Source of the DNA: an uncultured Christensenella sp.
GTDB taxonomy: Bacteria; Bacillota; Clostridia; Christensenellales; UBA3700
DNA: 64,000 nucleotides
NCBI GenBank assembly: GCA_950079155.1
Contig: CATMWH010000001.1
Coordinates: forward strand, 194,982 to 258,981
Reading direction: 5' to 3'
The position numbers and the translations under genes were made by a program. Under the pieces are notes generated by a model, which saw only the letters and a list, made by a program, of their open reading frames with translations, had not been told where the DNA came from and ran no database searches. Shown piece by piece: positions 20,275-27,392 of the stretch. The number at the start of each line of letters is the position of its first letter. Within the stretch, counting starts at the first letter, position 1.

Positions 20275-20583
20275 TTAACTTATTTTCCTCATTATTGTGT
20301 ATATTCCCGCCGTGGACAAGATAAAATCAACGTGCCCGCGCGCATTGCTGATATAAATAGGCACACCAAGTTGCTTTAGATTCTTATATCTGCCAAGCAA
20401 CATTCCAATGCCAGTGCTGTCCATAAAAGAAACTCCCGAAAAATCAAAGACAAACTGCCCGAAATGGTTTCCGGCAATAAACTTGTCTATTTTCTCTCTA
20501 ACTTCTTTTACGCACCCTTCGTCAAGTTCGCCATCCAATTTAGCCACGGCGCAATTTGCATTATTTGTCAATTCCAATCGCAT
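20275..20583 (-). CDS. spoIIAA: Anti-sigma F factor antagonist SpoIIAA (STAS domain)
   Basis: 102 aa STAS protein with the phosphorylatable-serine motif FMDSTGIGMLLGRYK. First gene of the spoIIA operon. Confidence 0.92.
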   Translation of the reverse strand: MRLELTNNANCAVAKLDGELDEGCVKEVREKIDKFIAGNHFGQFVFDFSGVSFMDSTGIGMLLGRYKNLKQLGVPIYISNARGHVDFILSTAGIYTIMRKIS

Positions 20584-20635
20584 ATTACTTTACCTCCGCA
20601 TTAGTCATACGAGCATTCTAGCACATAAGGCAAAT

Positions 20636-20665
20636 AAAAAAATCAAAGACTTTGTCGGTCTTTGA
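20636..20665 (-). terminator. Rho-independent terminator (second of two in tandem upstream of spoIIAA)
   Basis: Stem tcaaagac/gtctttga with a 7-nt loop, followed by T7 on the minus strand. Confidence 0.75.
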
Positions 20666-20674
20666 CTTCTTATG

Positions 20675-20707
20675 TAAATAAAAATATACCTTGCTTTCGC
20701 AAGGCAT
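20675..20707 (-). terminator. Rho-independent terminator right after the 112-aa membrane-protein gene
   Basis: Stem ccttgc/gcaagg with a GAAA loop, followed by tatatttttattt on the minus strand. Confidence 0.65.
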
Positions 20708-20710
20708 ACT

Positions 20711-21049
20711 TTATTGTTTGTATAAGTTATCCATATCGTCTTTGTTCAATGGCTCGGAAATATTCTTTTTCTTTTTGATGTTGTGTATCGCTATTATAAT
20801 ATGAGCAATCAATCCAATGCCTGCCAAACCTAGTAGTACGAATCCCACTATCAACTCCGTTGAACTGCCCCCTATTATCAAATATATTCCCAAAATTATG
20901 CTGATCAAAATTAATACAATGACAATTGCGCAAAACAACTTGAGAAGAATTCGCTTCCCTTTGCTTAATCCTTTATCAGGATTAGCACATTCAAACAAAG
21001 CGACGTATAGTTCTAAAATCACTTCAATTAAATCTATTACAAAATCCAT
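20711..21049 (-). CDS. Hypothetical small membrane protein (2-3 TM, lysine/acid-rich C-terminal tail)
   Basis: 112 aa with hydrophobic helices ILLKLFCAIVIVLILISIILGIYLII and LIVGFVLLGLAGIGLIAHIIIAI, then KKKKNISEPLNKDDMDNLYKQ. Second gene of the leftward unit of the XRE switch. Confidence 0.6.
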   Translation of the reverse strand: MDFVIDLIEVILELYVALFECANPDKGLSKGKRILLKLFCAIVIVLILISIILGIYLIIGGSSTELIVGFVLLGLAGIGLIAHIIIAIHNIKKKKNISEPLNKDDMDNLYKQ

Positions 21050-21095
21050 ATAATTTCCGCCAAATTATTTTGATACTTTGATTATATAACTTTTT

Positions 21096-21377
21096 TTATC
21101 TTTTGTCAACGTCAGTAATTTTAGCGGCGTCAGTCAATTCATCTAATGCAATTTTGGCTTCAAATATCTTTTTTGCGACAATTAGATAACTGTATGCGTT
21201 ATATCTCCTAGATTGCCGAATGTACCAAAGCAATTCCATTTCAATTATATTTATATTTTCATATACTTCACGGCATCTTTTTAATTTTAGTTCAAGTTTT
21301 TCTTTTCTTAAACCATTTTTGCATTTCATAGTCATTTCTTCAAAGTCTTGTAGTGTAATGTTCATAAATTTCTCCAT
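21096..21377 (-). CDS. Hypothetical 93-aa helical protein
   Basis: ORF with no recognisable domain. First gene transcribed from the promoter that carries the XRE-type operators. Confidence 0.55.
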   Translation of the reverse strand: MEKFMNITLQDFEEMTMKCKNGLRKEKLELKLKRCREVYENINIIEMELLWYIRQSRRYNAYSYLIVAKKIFEAKIALDELTDAAKITDVDKR

Positions 21378-21385
21378 ACCATATA

Positions 21386-21414
21386 ATATTACTAGTCATA
21401 ATGACTAATGTCAA
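21386..21414 (-). promoter_or_regulatory. Sigma-A promoter driving the 93-aa/112-aa genes
   Basis: Minus strand reads TTGACA (21414..21409), 17 nt, TAATAT (21391..21386). Confidence 0.7.
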
Positions 21415-21426
21415 GTCATTTTGACT
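21394..21426. promoter_or_regulatory. Two operator-like palindromes AGTCA-N3-TGACT
   Basis: AGTCAtaaTGACT at 21394..21406 and AGTCAtttTGACT at 21414..21426, with centres 20 bp apart. The first fills the -35/-10 spacer of the leftward promoter. The second abuts its -35 and overlaps a TATATT candidate -10 for the XRE gene. Confidence 0.7.
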
Positions 21427-21457
21427 ATATTTTGTTAGAATAACATTAAGGCAATGT

Positions 21458-21682
21458 ATGGAAAATAATATCGCACTACTGAAATTTACAACTCGATTAA
21501 AAGAATTAAGAAAAGATATGTCCCTAACTCAAGCCGAACTTGCAGAAAAGTTGGGTATTCCATCAAGTACTTACGCAAATTGGGAACAAGGAAGACGTGA
21601 GCCTAGTATAGGCGAAATTTATAATATTATTGAATGTTTAAATATTCAAGCCAACGACTTATTCAATACAGAAGACTTTTAA
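21458..21682 (+). CDS. XRE-family helix-turn-helix transcriptional regulator (74 aa)
   Basis: Classic Cro/C1 HTH: LKELRKDMSLTQAELAEKLGIPSSTYANWEQGRREPS. Confidence 0.88.
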   Translation: MENNIALLKFTTRLKELRKDMSLTQAELAEKLGIPSSTYANWEQGRREPSIGEIYNIIECLNIQANDLFNTEDF

Positions 21683-21686
21683 AATG

Positions 21687-21713
21687 AAAAAACGGCAATA
21701 AATTGCCGTTTTT
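21687..21713. terminator. Bidirectional terminator between the XRE gene and the M48 peptidase gene
   Basis: Perfect stem aaaaacggcaa/ttgccgttttt with an A-run and a T-run on either side. Sits between convergent stops at 21682 and 21734. Confidence 0.8.
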
Positions 21714-21733
21714 AGTTTTTAAATACATTTTTA

Positions 21734-22639
21734 TTATGCAGCGGTATATCCCAACGCAGCCAATCTATCTTGAGTGTCGGGATGAGTCTGAAACATTAAA
21801 TCAAATCTACTCGATTTTCCGGAGTTGCCGTCCAACACGTTTAAAAACATTGCCAACTGCTCTCCATAACCCAACTCATTGGCAAATCCGTCAGCGGCAT
21901 ACTCTGCTTTTCTTGATGACCAATTGATAAAAAGTACTCCAACCAAGTTCCATAGATTGAATAAACCAATAATTACGATCCTAAACAAGAAGTTGATAAC
22001 CAATGCTACAAAATTTGTTGCTTCGTTTTCAATACACGCTAATAACATAACTATCATATACGTAAAGAATGACAAAATCGTGATAAATACGGTCAATATG
22101 CTATTTGATACGTTTATTCCCAATTTCAAGTCACTATCACCGTGCGCAATATGTCCAAGTTCGTGAGCAAATACTCCCTTAAGATATTCAGGATTCGCGC
22201 CGAGTAATCCTTTTGTAATGATTACAGTTCTATGCCCCAACGCGTAAGCATTTATATCGTCAGTAGGTGAATAATACAATTTTACTTTATTAGATACGCT
22301 CTTTGTCAAATTACGCGCGTTTGCCTTAACTTCTTCAAAGACTTCTTTTGCAATTTGCCAATCGTCTTGCAGTTCTACCTGTTTTGGTTGGCTTTTAATT
22401 CTATTGCGCAATCTCCAGAGGGCTTCTCCCATTGGAGTCAATGAAATAAGTATAAATATCAGATTTACTCCAAGACCAATCAATCCAAGATATATTCTAT
22501 CCATTTGTTCGTCTGATGTAAATCTGTATGGCAAGATATAAAACAAAAAGAATACAATTACCGCATTAGCAAAAAAATAAATTGCTGGAAGGGCATTTTT
22601 TGGCTTAAACAGCGATTTGCAAAAACTAATGATATACAT
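21734..22639 (-). CDS. M48-family membrane zinc metallopeptidase (HtpX-like)
   Basis: HELGHIAHGD (HExxH), a downstream EYAADGFA glutamate motif and four hydrophobic helices flanking the catalytic domain. Confidence 0.85.
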   Translation of the reverse strand: MYIISFCKSLFKPKNALPAIYFFANAVIVFFLFYILPYRFTSDEQMDRIYLGLIGLGVNLIFILISLTPMGEALWRLRNRIKSQPKQVELQDDWQIAKEVFEEVKANARNLTKSVSNKVKLYYSPTDDINAYALGHRTVIITKGLLGANPEYLKGVFAHELGHIAHGDSDLKLGINVSNSILTVFITILSFFTYMIVMLLACIENEATNFVALVINFLFRIVIIGLFNLWNLVGVLFINWSSRKAEYAADGFANELGYGEQLAMFLNVLDGNSGKSSRFDLMFQTHPDTQDRLAALGYTAA

Positions 22640-22748
22640 ACAACTTATCCTTTGAATTTTTATTAAATTTTAACATATGAAATTTAAATAGTCAATAAAA
22701 TTACAAATTTTATTAATCAAATTTCAAAGATATATTAATTGCTTTTAA

Positions 22749-23357
22749 TTAAATTTGTTTTTTCAAGGATTCGTGCATAGGATAGCGATACTTATCCTCT
22801 TCAGTGATTTCTCTCTTTACTTTGCAAGGTACACCCACTGCAATTACGTTGGCAGGAATAGACTTGGTCACTACGCTTCCTGCTCCTATTACGCTATTAT
22901 CTCCTATTGTTACACCCGCGAGAATAGTGCTTCCTGCTCCTATCCAGACGTTGTTGCCGATTGTAATCGGTTTTGCGATTTCCATTCCCGCTTTACGCTG
23001 CTGCGGATCTATGGCATGTTCTGCGGTCGTAAAGCAACAATTGGGAGCAACAAACACATTGTCGCCAAAACTTACTCGAGCGCCGTCGGTAACGATCATA
23101 TTGTGATTGGAATAAAAATAATCTCCCACCGAAATATTATATCCGTAATCGCACCAAAATGGCGGAGTAATCATTACCTCTTTTCCCATATTGCCCAATA
23201 TTTCTTCAAGCATTTTCCTCTGGGATTGCCTGTCGTTGGGATTTAATTTGTTGTATTCAAAGCATTTGTCTTTACATTTTGCAATTTCTTCTTCAAATTG
23301 CGGATTATAGCAACCTTGAAACAGACAGTTAATTGGTGCTTCTACTCTGTTTTTCAT
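22749..23357 (-). CDS. Sugar O-acetyltransferase (maltose/galactoside acetyltransferase family, left-handed beta-helix)
   Basis: Mac-type N-terminus (QRKMLEEILG) followed by hexapeptide repeats (IGNNVWIGAGSTILAGVTIGDNSVIGAGSVV). Confidence 0.88.
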   Translation of the reverse strand: MKNRVEAPINCLFQGCYNPQFEEEIAKCKDKCFEYNKLNPNDRQSQRKMLEEILGNMGKEVMITPPFWCDYGYNISVGDYFYSNHNMIVTDGARVSFGDNVFVAPNCCFTTAEHAIDPQQRKAGMEIAKPITIGNNVWIGAGSTILAGVTIGDNSVIGAGSVVTKSIPANVIAVGVPCKVKREITEEDKYRYPMHESLKKQI

Positions 23358-23373
23358 AATTCTTCCTATATAA

Positions 23374-24123
23374 TTACAAGTCTTTTCCTATTTCACTTTC
23401 TTTGACGTTGGGATTGACGTATCTATATTTGCTTTTCTTGTCAAGATATACTATTGCTTTTTGCGGACATCTTTGATAGCACCCAAGACAAGCAATACAA
23501 TTGTCTTTGAAGACTATCTCGCCGTTTTCCAAACTGATGTTATTTGACGGACAGATCTGTATGCACTTGTGACACTTGATGCAACTGTCATTTACAGAAA
23601 ATCTGTTGCCAATCAGATGCCAATTGCTTTTGTTCTTGAGATAGGTCTCTTTTTTAGCGGTCTTTATTTTTGACTTTGGCAAATAGTATTCTTCTTTCTC
23701 TATTTTGTCAAGAATCTTATCTATTCTTTTGCCTGAACTTTTTAAAATACTCTTTGTGTAAAACTTGGGTGGCACGAGGAAAAGCGTATAATTTTCAGGC
23801 ATTTTCACTGTATAAATGCCCTTTATCTTCAATCCAAATTGCTTTGCGTAATCATAAAGCAAAGCGTCTGCTCCACCAATCATACCGCCGTAATTCTGAA
23901 TTACTATCAAATCTTTGTCTTTGTCAAGTCTCGGCAACAACTCAAACACTGGAGTAGGAAGTCCAAAAGAATAAATAGGCGTGACAATAAAAAGCCTTTG
24001 GAATTCGCTTCCGTCACCGTCATACTTAGGAATATAGACTATGCTTCCGCAAAATCTCTCTTTTACTTTTTTCGCTATCTGCAAACTGTTGCCAGTAGAA
24101 CTAAAATAAAGTATGCCGATCAT
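23374..24123 (-). CDS. EFR1-family ferredoxin (flavodoxin-like N-domain + 2x[4Fe-4S])
   Basis: MIGILYFSSTGNS N-terminus, plus CIKCHKCIQICP and CIACLGCYQRCP cluster motifs. Confidence 0.8.
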   Translation of the reverse strand: MIGILYFSSTGNSLQIAKKVKERFCGSIVYIPKYDGDGSEFQRLFIVTPIYSFGLPTPVFELLPRLDKDKDLIVIQNYGGMIGGADALLYDYAKQFGLKIKGIYTVKMPENYTLFLVPPKFYTKSILKSSGKRIDKILDKIEKEEYYLPKSKIKTAKKETYLKNKSNWHLIGNRFSVNDSCIKCHKCIQICPSNNISLENGEIVFKDNCIACLGCYQRCPQKAIVYLDKKSKYRYVNPNVKESEIGKDL

Positions 24124-24211
24124 AACTCACCATTTATAATTATTTCCGACTTTATTGTATCACATATTTTGAACTTTTTGCAATAGTCGATAATATTACT
24201 CTCCATCATAT

Positions 24212-24242
24212 AACGAAAAAGCAAGTCTTTCGACTTGCTTTT
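24212..24242 (-). terminator. Rho-independent terminator after the 363-aa gene
   Basis: Stem aagcaagtc/gacttgctt with a GAAA loop and a T-run, 3 nt after the stop at 24245. Confidence 0.8.
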
Positions 24243-24244
24243 CT

Positions 24245-25336
24245 TTAAATACCTACGCATACCGCAAGGCGTTTTATAAAGCGGTTGCATATCTGAATTT
24301 TTTTCTTACTGCTGTCGGCGTCGCTCTTTTCGACAATCAGCATATATTCCGAATCGGCTCGCAAATCGTTGAGACTTGACAGACATTTGTCCAATTCTTT
24401 CTTGCACTCGTCATCGTCCATATTCTCCATTCCAAAGTTGATAAGCGTAGCCTTCATTGCAAGCAAGGCAGCCAAATCGTTGGGCTTTAATTGACGAAAA
24501 GCCTCTTTTACTTGCTTGCTCCTCAGCAGACCGTCTATGCCGACACCTGCCAATACTCCGCTGTAAATAAACGCCGAACTCAACATCGTCATAGCAGTGA
24601 CCTTAGCAATTCCCGTTCCGATCAATCCTGGCGCGCAATGTCCTATTTGAGCAAGACAACTCGTCAATGCGGCAGAACTCATAGCGTGAATACCTAATGC
24701 GACTGGCGTCAAAACAGATATCAATGCCAACGAAACTCCCGACGCTATAAGAAAATATCTGTTTCTCTCCCAGAAATTGCCGTTTGACAGTTCCTTAAAA
24801 TTCCTAAAAAAGTTATCTTTTATGTACTCGATTCTCATTGGATCGCCAAACAGCAATTCCGATACTTCATAGAGCGTGTCGTCTCCAAATATAAATTCTT
24901 CGCTCGCCTCTTCTTCTTGAAGACAGAGATTCATTGCAAAGTTGATTTTTTGAAATTCAAATTTGTCATTCTCAAATACGCTATCAGCCAACGCCTGCAA
25001 CTTTTCTTCCGTAATAACTTCATCCAACTCAATACCGTTGCACTGGCACTCACTTATAAATTTATCTATACTGTCATTGCACTGTTTTTTCTTTTCGCTA
25101 AGTTTCTGCGTCTCCATACGTCTATATAGATTGACAGTATTGTCAATAATAGTACGTTTTACTTTATTCTCATTTTGCGTAGGAATAGGCTTGTTGTCAG
25201 CCATCATTTCTTCAATTCTTCTTAGTTCCAATTGGTGGCGGAACAAAGTAATTGACGCAGTTAATTGCCTGTTTTTATCACTTTGCTCCACGAATGCTTT
25301 AGAAATATTCTCACCTTCTACAATATAATCATTCAT
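24245..25336 (-). CDS. Hypothetical 363-aa membrane protein: ~190-aa helical/acidic N-domain, three Gly/Ala-rich TM helices, ~90-aa C-domain
   Basis: ORF with GGAGGA 10 nt upstream and its ATG overlapping the stop of the HTH gene (ATGA). TM region is roughly residues 194-270 (YFLIASGVSLALISVLTPVALGI, CAPGLIGTGIAKVTAMTML, AFIYSGVLAGVGIDGLL). I recognise no family. Confidence 0.7.
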   Translation of the reverse strand: MNDYIVEGENISKAFVEQSDKNRQLTASITLFRHQLELRRIEEMMADNKPIPTQNENKVKRTIIDNTVNLYRRMETQKLSEKKKQCNDSIDKFISECQCNGIELDEVITEEKLQALADSVFENDKFEFQKINFAMNLCLQEEEASEEFIFGDDTLYEVSELLFGDPMRIEYIKDNFFRNFKELSNGNFWERNRYFLIASGVSLALISVLTPVALGIHAMSSAALTSCLAQIGHCAPGLIGTGIAKVTAMTMLSSAFIYSGVLAGVGIDGLLRSKQVKEAFRQLKPNDLAALLAMKATLINFGMENMDDDECKKELDKCLSSLNDLRADSEYMLIVEKSDADSSKKKIQICNRFIKRLAVCVGI

Positions 25337-25656
25337 TTATTCATTTCCTCCAATATAAAATTTCTTATTTTTTCCAAATTAAGTTTGCTACGATAAGTCC
25401 GCAACAATCTAAAAATCTCTTCCAAGTTTTCGTCGTCATCAATACTGACAAATTGGTCTTCACAAAATTGATAAACTTCTTTTTTGCTTCCGTTTTCGAT
25501 AATCAAATCAAACAACTGCGCAATTACTTGCGGCATTTCGTCTCTTTTTTCGTTTTCATAAAGAGTCAGCCACTTGTAAATCGTCGGTCTGCTTTTATTT
25601 GTCAAGCGGGATAATTCTGTAATGGTAACTGTGTCTGTTATCGGTTTCACATTCAA
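25333..25656 (-). CDS. Small HTH DNA-binding protein (107 aa)
   Basis: N-terminal HTH TITELSRLTNKSRPTIYKWL (excisionase/resolvase-type turn) and an acidic helical C-terminus. GGAGG RBS upstream. Confidence 0.75.
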   Translation of the reverse strand: MNVKPITDTVTITELSRLTNKSRPTIYKWLTLYENEKRDEMPQVIAQLFDLIIENGSKKEVYQFCEDQFVSIDDDENLEEIFRLLRTYRSKLNLEKIRNFILEEMNK

Positions 25657-25669
25657 ACCTCCTCTATTG

Positions 25670-25732
25670 TTTTACACTATTTTACACTTTCTGTAAATAT
25701 TTGTCAACTACAATTTGTAAAAAAGTGTAAAA
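25670..25732. promoter_or_regulatory. Operator-like repeats TTTTACACT (x2 direct, x1 inverted) around that promoter
   Basis: TTTTACACT at 25670..25678 and 25680..25688 (over and just downstream of the -10), and the inverted copy AGTGTAAAA at 25724..25732 (upstream of the -35). Confidence 0.55.
25679..25707 (-). promoter_or_regulatory. Sigma-A promoter of the HTH/363-aa operon
   Basis: Minus strand reads TTGACA (25707..25702), 17 nt, TAAAAT (25684..25679). Confidence 0.7.
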
Positions 25733-26019
25733 TTTTTATCATCAAACAAAAAATACTTAACTTTGTTTAATAAAATGGTTACCTAATATAATTTACAAGT
25801 AAAATAATTTGAATAAAAAATAAAGAAAAAAATCAATACGCTTATAAAAAGAAATATGCTTAACTATTTTCTTCCATTTAAAACTCCGTATTGTCCAAAT
25901 GCGATCAATATATTGAAAACCTAATCCAAACACTTATTTTGCGGTTTGTTTTAGATGGTGGGCGACAATGCGCGCCGTAAGAGCCGTTTAAAAGGCAAAA
26001 TCACGTAGACTCAAAAACT

Positions 26020-26079
26020 GCAAAAACAGTCGCTAAGCACAAAAAAATGACTGAAAAGAAAGTTATTCTTATCAGCCAT
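26020..26079. repeat. Imperfect direct repeat, copy B (decayed copy of the tRNA-operon terminator region)
   Basis: gcaaaaacagtcgctaagcac...aaaaaaatgactgaaaagaaagttattcttatcagccat aligns by eye with 26796..26870. About 30 of 36 positions match over the hairpin, including one compensatory C-G to T-A change. Confidence 0.6.
26040..26079 (-). terminator. Rho-independent terminator after the GNAT gene
   Basis: 12-bp stem with 2 mismatches (atggctgataag/cttttcagtcat on the minus strand) followed by T7. Confidence 0.65.
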
Positions 26080-26146
26080 TCTACGCTAAATTGAAATTTA
26101 TCATATCAAGATTGCTTGTTGTTCACTATATATTCCATATTTCATT

Positions 26147-26692
26147 TTACTTGTTTTCTTGTGTAAAATTCGGCTTAAAAAGTCCGAAAGATAGTTTACG
26201 CAAAATTTCTTTATAAGTAACCTCGTCAAAATCTTTCTTGGTTGACAGCACCAAAAAGTCGTCTTTCTTAAACTTAATTATCTTCTCGGTATTCAAAAAA
26301 CCATTGCGCGCGTAAAAAGCAATTCTCTTTACGCGCTGCTCGTAATTATCCGCAGTTGTATATAACGGCTCTACGTTTAACGTGATTTCACAGCCCGCAT
26401 ATTTTTCTTTAACGTCGTTTAATATCGCCGAGCCATACCCACATGAACGCATTTTGTCATTTACGGCAAGATACCAAATAAACACCGTTTTTTTGTTTAT
26501 AACTGCAAAACAAATGCCGCAAAAATCTTCTCCGTCATAGTAAGACCAAAAATCATAACCGTCTTTTTTTGCCCAATAATTGAGCAACCACATAGGCATA
26601 CGTTCGTTTTTAGGAAACGCTCGCTTCATCAAATCTTTTACTTCTTTATAATTTGAGGACTTTTTAATTACCGCTATTCTTCTCAATTCCAT
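26147..26692 (-). CDS. GNAT-family N-acetyltransferase
   Basis: 181 aa. Acetyl-CoA binding motif region LAVNDKMRSCGYGSAILNDV (R/Q-x-x-G-x-G/A) and FYARNGF. Confidence 0.85.
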   Translation of the reverse strand: MELRRIAVIKKSSNYKEVKDLMKRAFPKNERMPMWLLNYWAKKDGYDFWSYYDGEDFCGICFAVINKKTVFIWYLAVNDKMRSCGYGSAILNDVKEKYAGCEITLNVEPLYTTADNYEQRVKRIAFYARNGFLNTEKIIKFKKDDFLVLSTKKDFDEVTYKEILRKLSFGLFKPNFTQENK

Positions 26693-26795
26693 AATCTTTC
26701 TCCGTTTTAATTACGATTTTGCTATTGATAACAATTCTCCGCTAAATTACTGTTTATCGTACAATCATTATATCAAAAACAAAATATCTAATCAA

Positions 26796-26870
26796 GCAAA
26801 CAGTAAGGCTCACTATGATTACTTTCAAAGAAAATAAAATGACCGATAAGACAGTTTTCTTATCGGTCAT
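26796..26870. repeat. Imperfect direct repeat, copy A (includes the functional tRNA-operon terminator)
   Basis: gcaaacagtaaggctcac...aaaataaaatgaccgataagacagttttcttatcggtcat. See copy B at 26020..26079. The two copies bracket the GNAT gene. Confidence 0.6.
26828..26870 (-). terminator. Rho-independent terminator of the tRNA operon
   Basis: Perfect 12-bp stem atgaccgataag/cttatcggtcat followed by tttattttctt on the minus strand, 4 nt after the tRNA-Tyr CCA end. Confidence 0.85.
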
Positions 26871-26874
26871 CTAA

Positions 26875-26959
<85 letters not shown>

Positions 26960-26970
26960 ATATTAACTTG

Positions 26971-27046
26971 TGGAGCTGGTGATCGGAATCGAACCAACAA
27001 CCTGCTGATTACAAATCAGCTGCTCTGCCAATTGAGCTACACCAGC
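26971..27046 (-). tRNA. tRNA-Thr (UGU), CCA encoded
   Basis: Acceptor GCUGGUG/CACCAGC, anticodon stem gcuga/ucagc with loop uuUGUaa, T-loop gguucgauucc. Confidence 0.9.
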
Positions 27047-27061
27047 GCATACCATTTGGTA

Positions 27062-27137
27062 TGGTGCCTCGGGGCGGAATCGAACCACCGACACGGGGAT
27101 TTTCAGTCCCCTGCTCTACCGACTGAGCTACCGAGGC
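27062..27137 (-). tRNA. tRNA-Phe (GAA), CCA encoded
   Basis: GCCUCGGUAGCUCAGUCGGUAGAGC 5' half, anticodon stem gggga/ucccc with loop cuGAAaa. Confidence 0.9.
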
Positions 27138-27190
27138 ATAAATTAAGAGATTTTGTTAAATCTCGAAATTTAGAAGTTTATTAAATTTGT

Positions 27191-27267
27191 TGGCGACTCG
27201 GAAGGGACTCGAACCCTCGACCTCTAGCGTGACAGGCTAGCGTTCTAACCAACTGAACTACCGAGCC
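27191..27267 (-). tRNA. tRNA-Asp (GUC), CCA encoded
   Basis: GGCUCGGUAGUUCAGUUGGUUAGAAC 5' half, anticodon stem cuagc/gcuag with loop cuGUCac. Confidence 0.9.
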
Positions 27268-27293
27268 AATTCCATTTAATACCTATTTAATTG

Positions 27294-27370
27294 TGGTGGA
27301 CCATCAAGGACTCGAACCTTGGACCGACCGGTTATGAGCCGGTTGCTCTAACCAACTGAGCTAATGGTCC
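27294..27370 (-). tRNA. tRNA with CAU anticodon: elongator Met or Ile2 (lysidine). Not an initiator, since 1-72 is a G-C pair
   Basis: GGACCAUUAGCUCAGUUGGUUAGAGC 5' half (an Ile-like body), anticodon stem accgg/ccggu with loop cuCAUaa. Identity cannot be settled by eye. Confidence 0.85.
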
Positions 27371-27392
27371 ACAGTTTTGTCGGATTTACGTT

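Noticed and set aside
20584-20640. Attempt to call sigma-H (spoIIA) and sigma-G/F (upstream of spoVAC, 18963..19121) sporulation promoters.
   Set aside because: I found only partial matches: a GAAT at a plausible -10 for spoIIA, and GTATA...CATCCTA with a 20-nt spacer for spoVA. Spacing and -35 elements do not fit the consensus well enough to report.
25955-25963. The 9-mer atggtgggc, identical to the junction/3' end of tRNA-Tyr (26874..26882), as a possible att-site remnant.
   Set aside because: It is only 9 nt, close to chance expectation in a 64-kb window. It continues with no T-arm sequence. Its position relative to the duplicated terminator is the reverse of that at the real tRNA.
26147-26692. 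The GNAT next to a tRNA operon as a possible TacT/AtaT-type tRNA-acetylating toxin.
   Set aside because: There is no adjacent small RHH/DUF1778-type antitoxin ORF on either side. The gene has its own terminator and looks like an ordinary solitary GNAT. Proximity to tRNA genes is not evidence.
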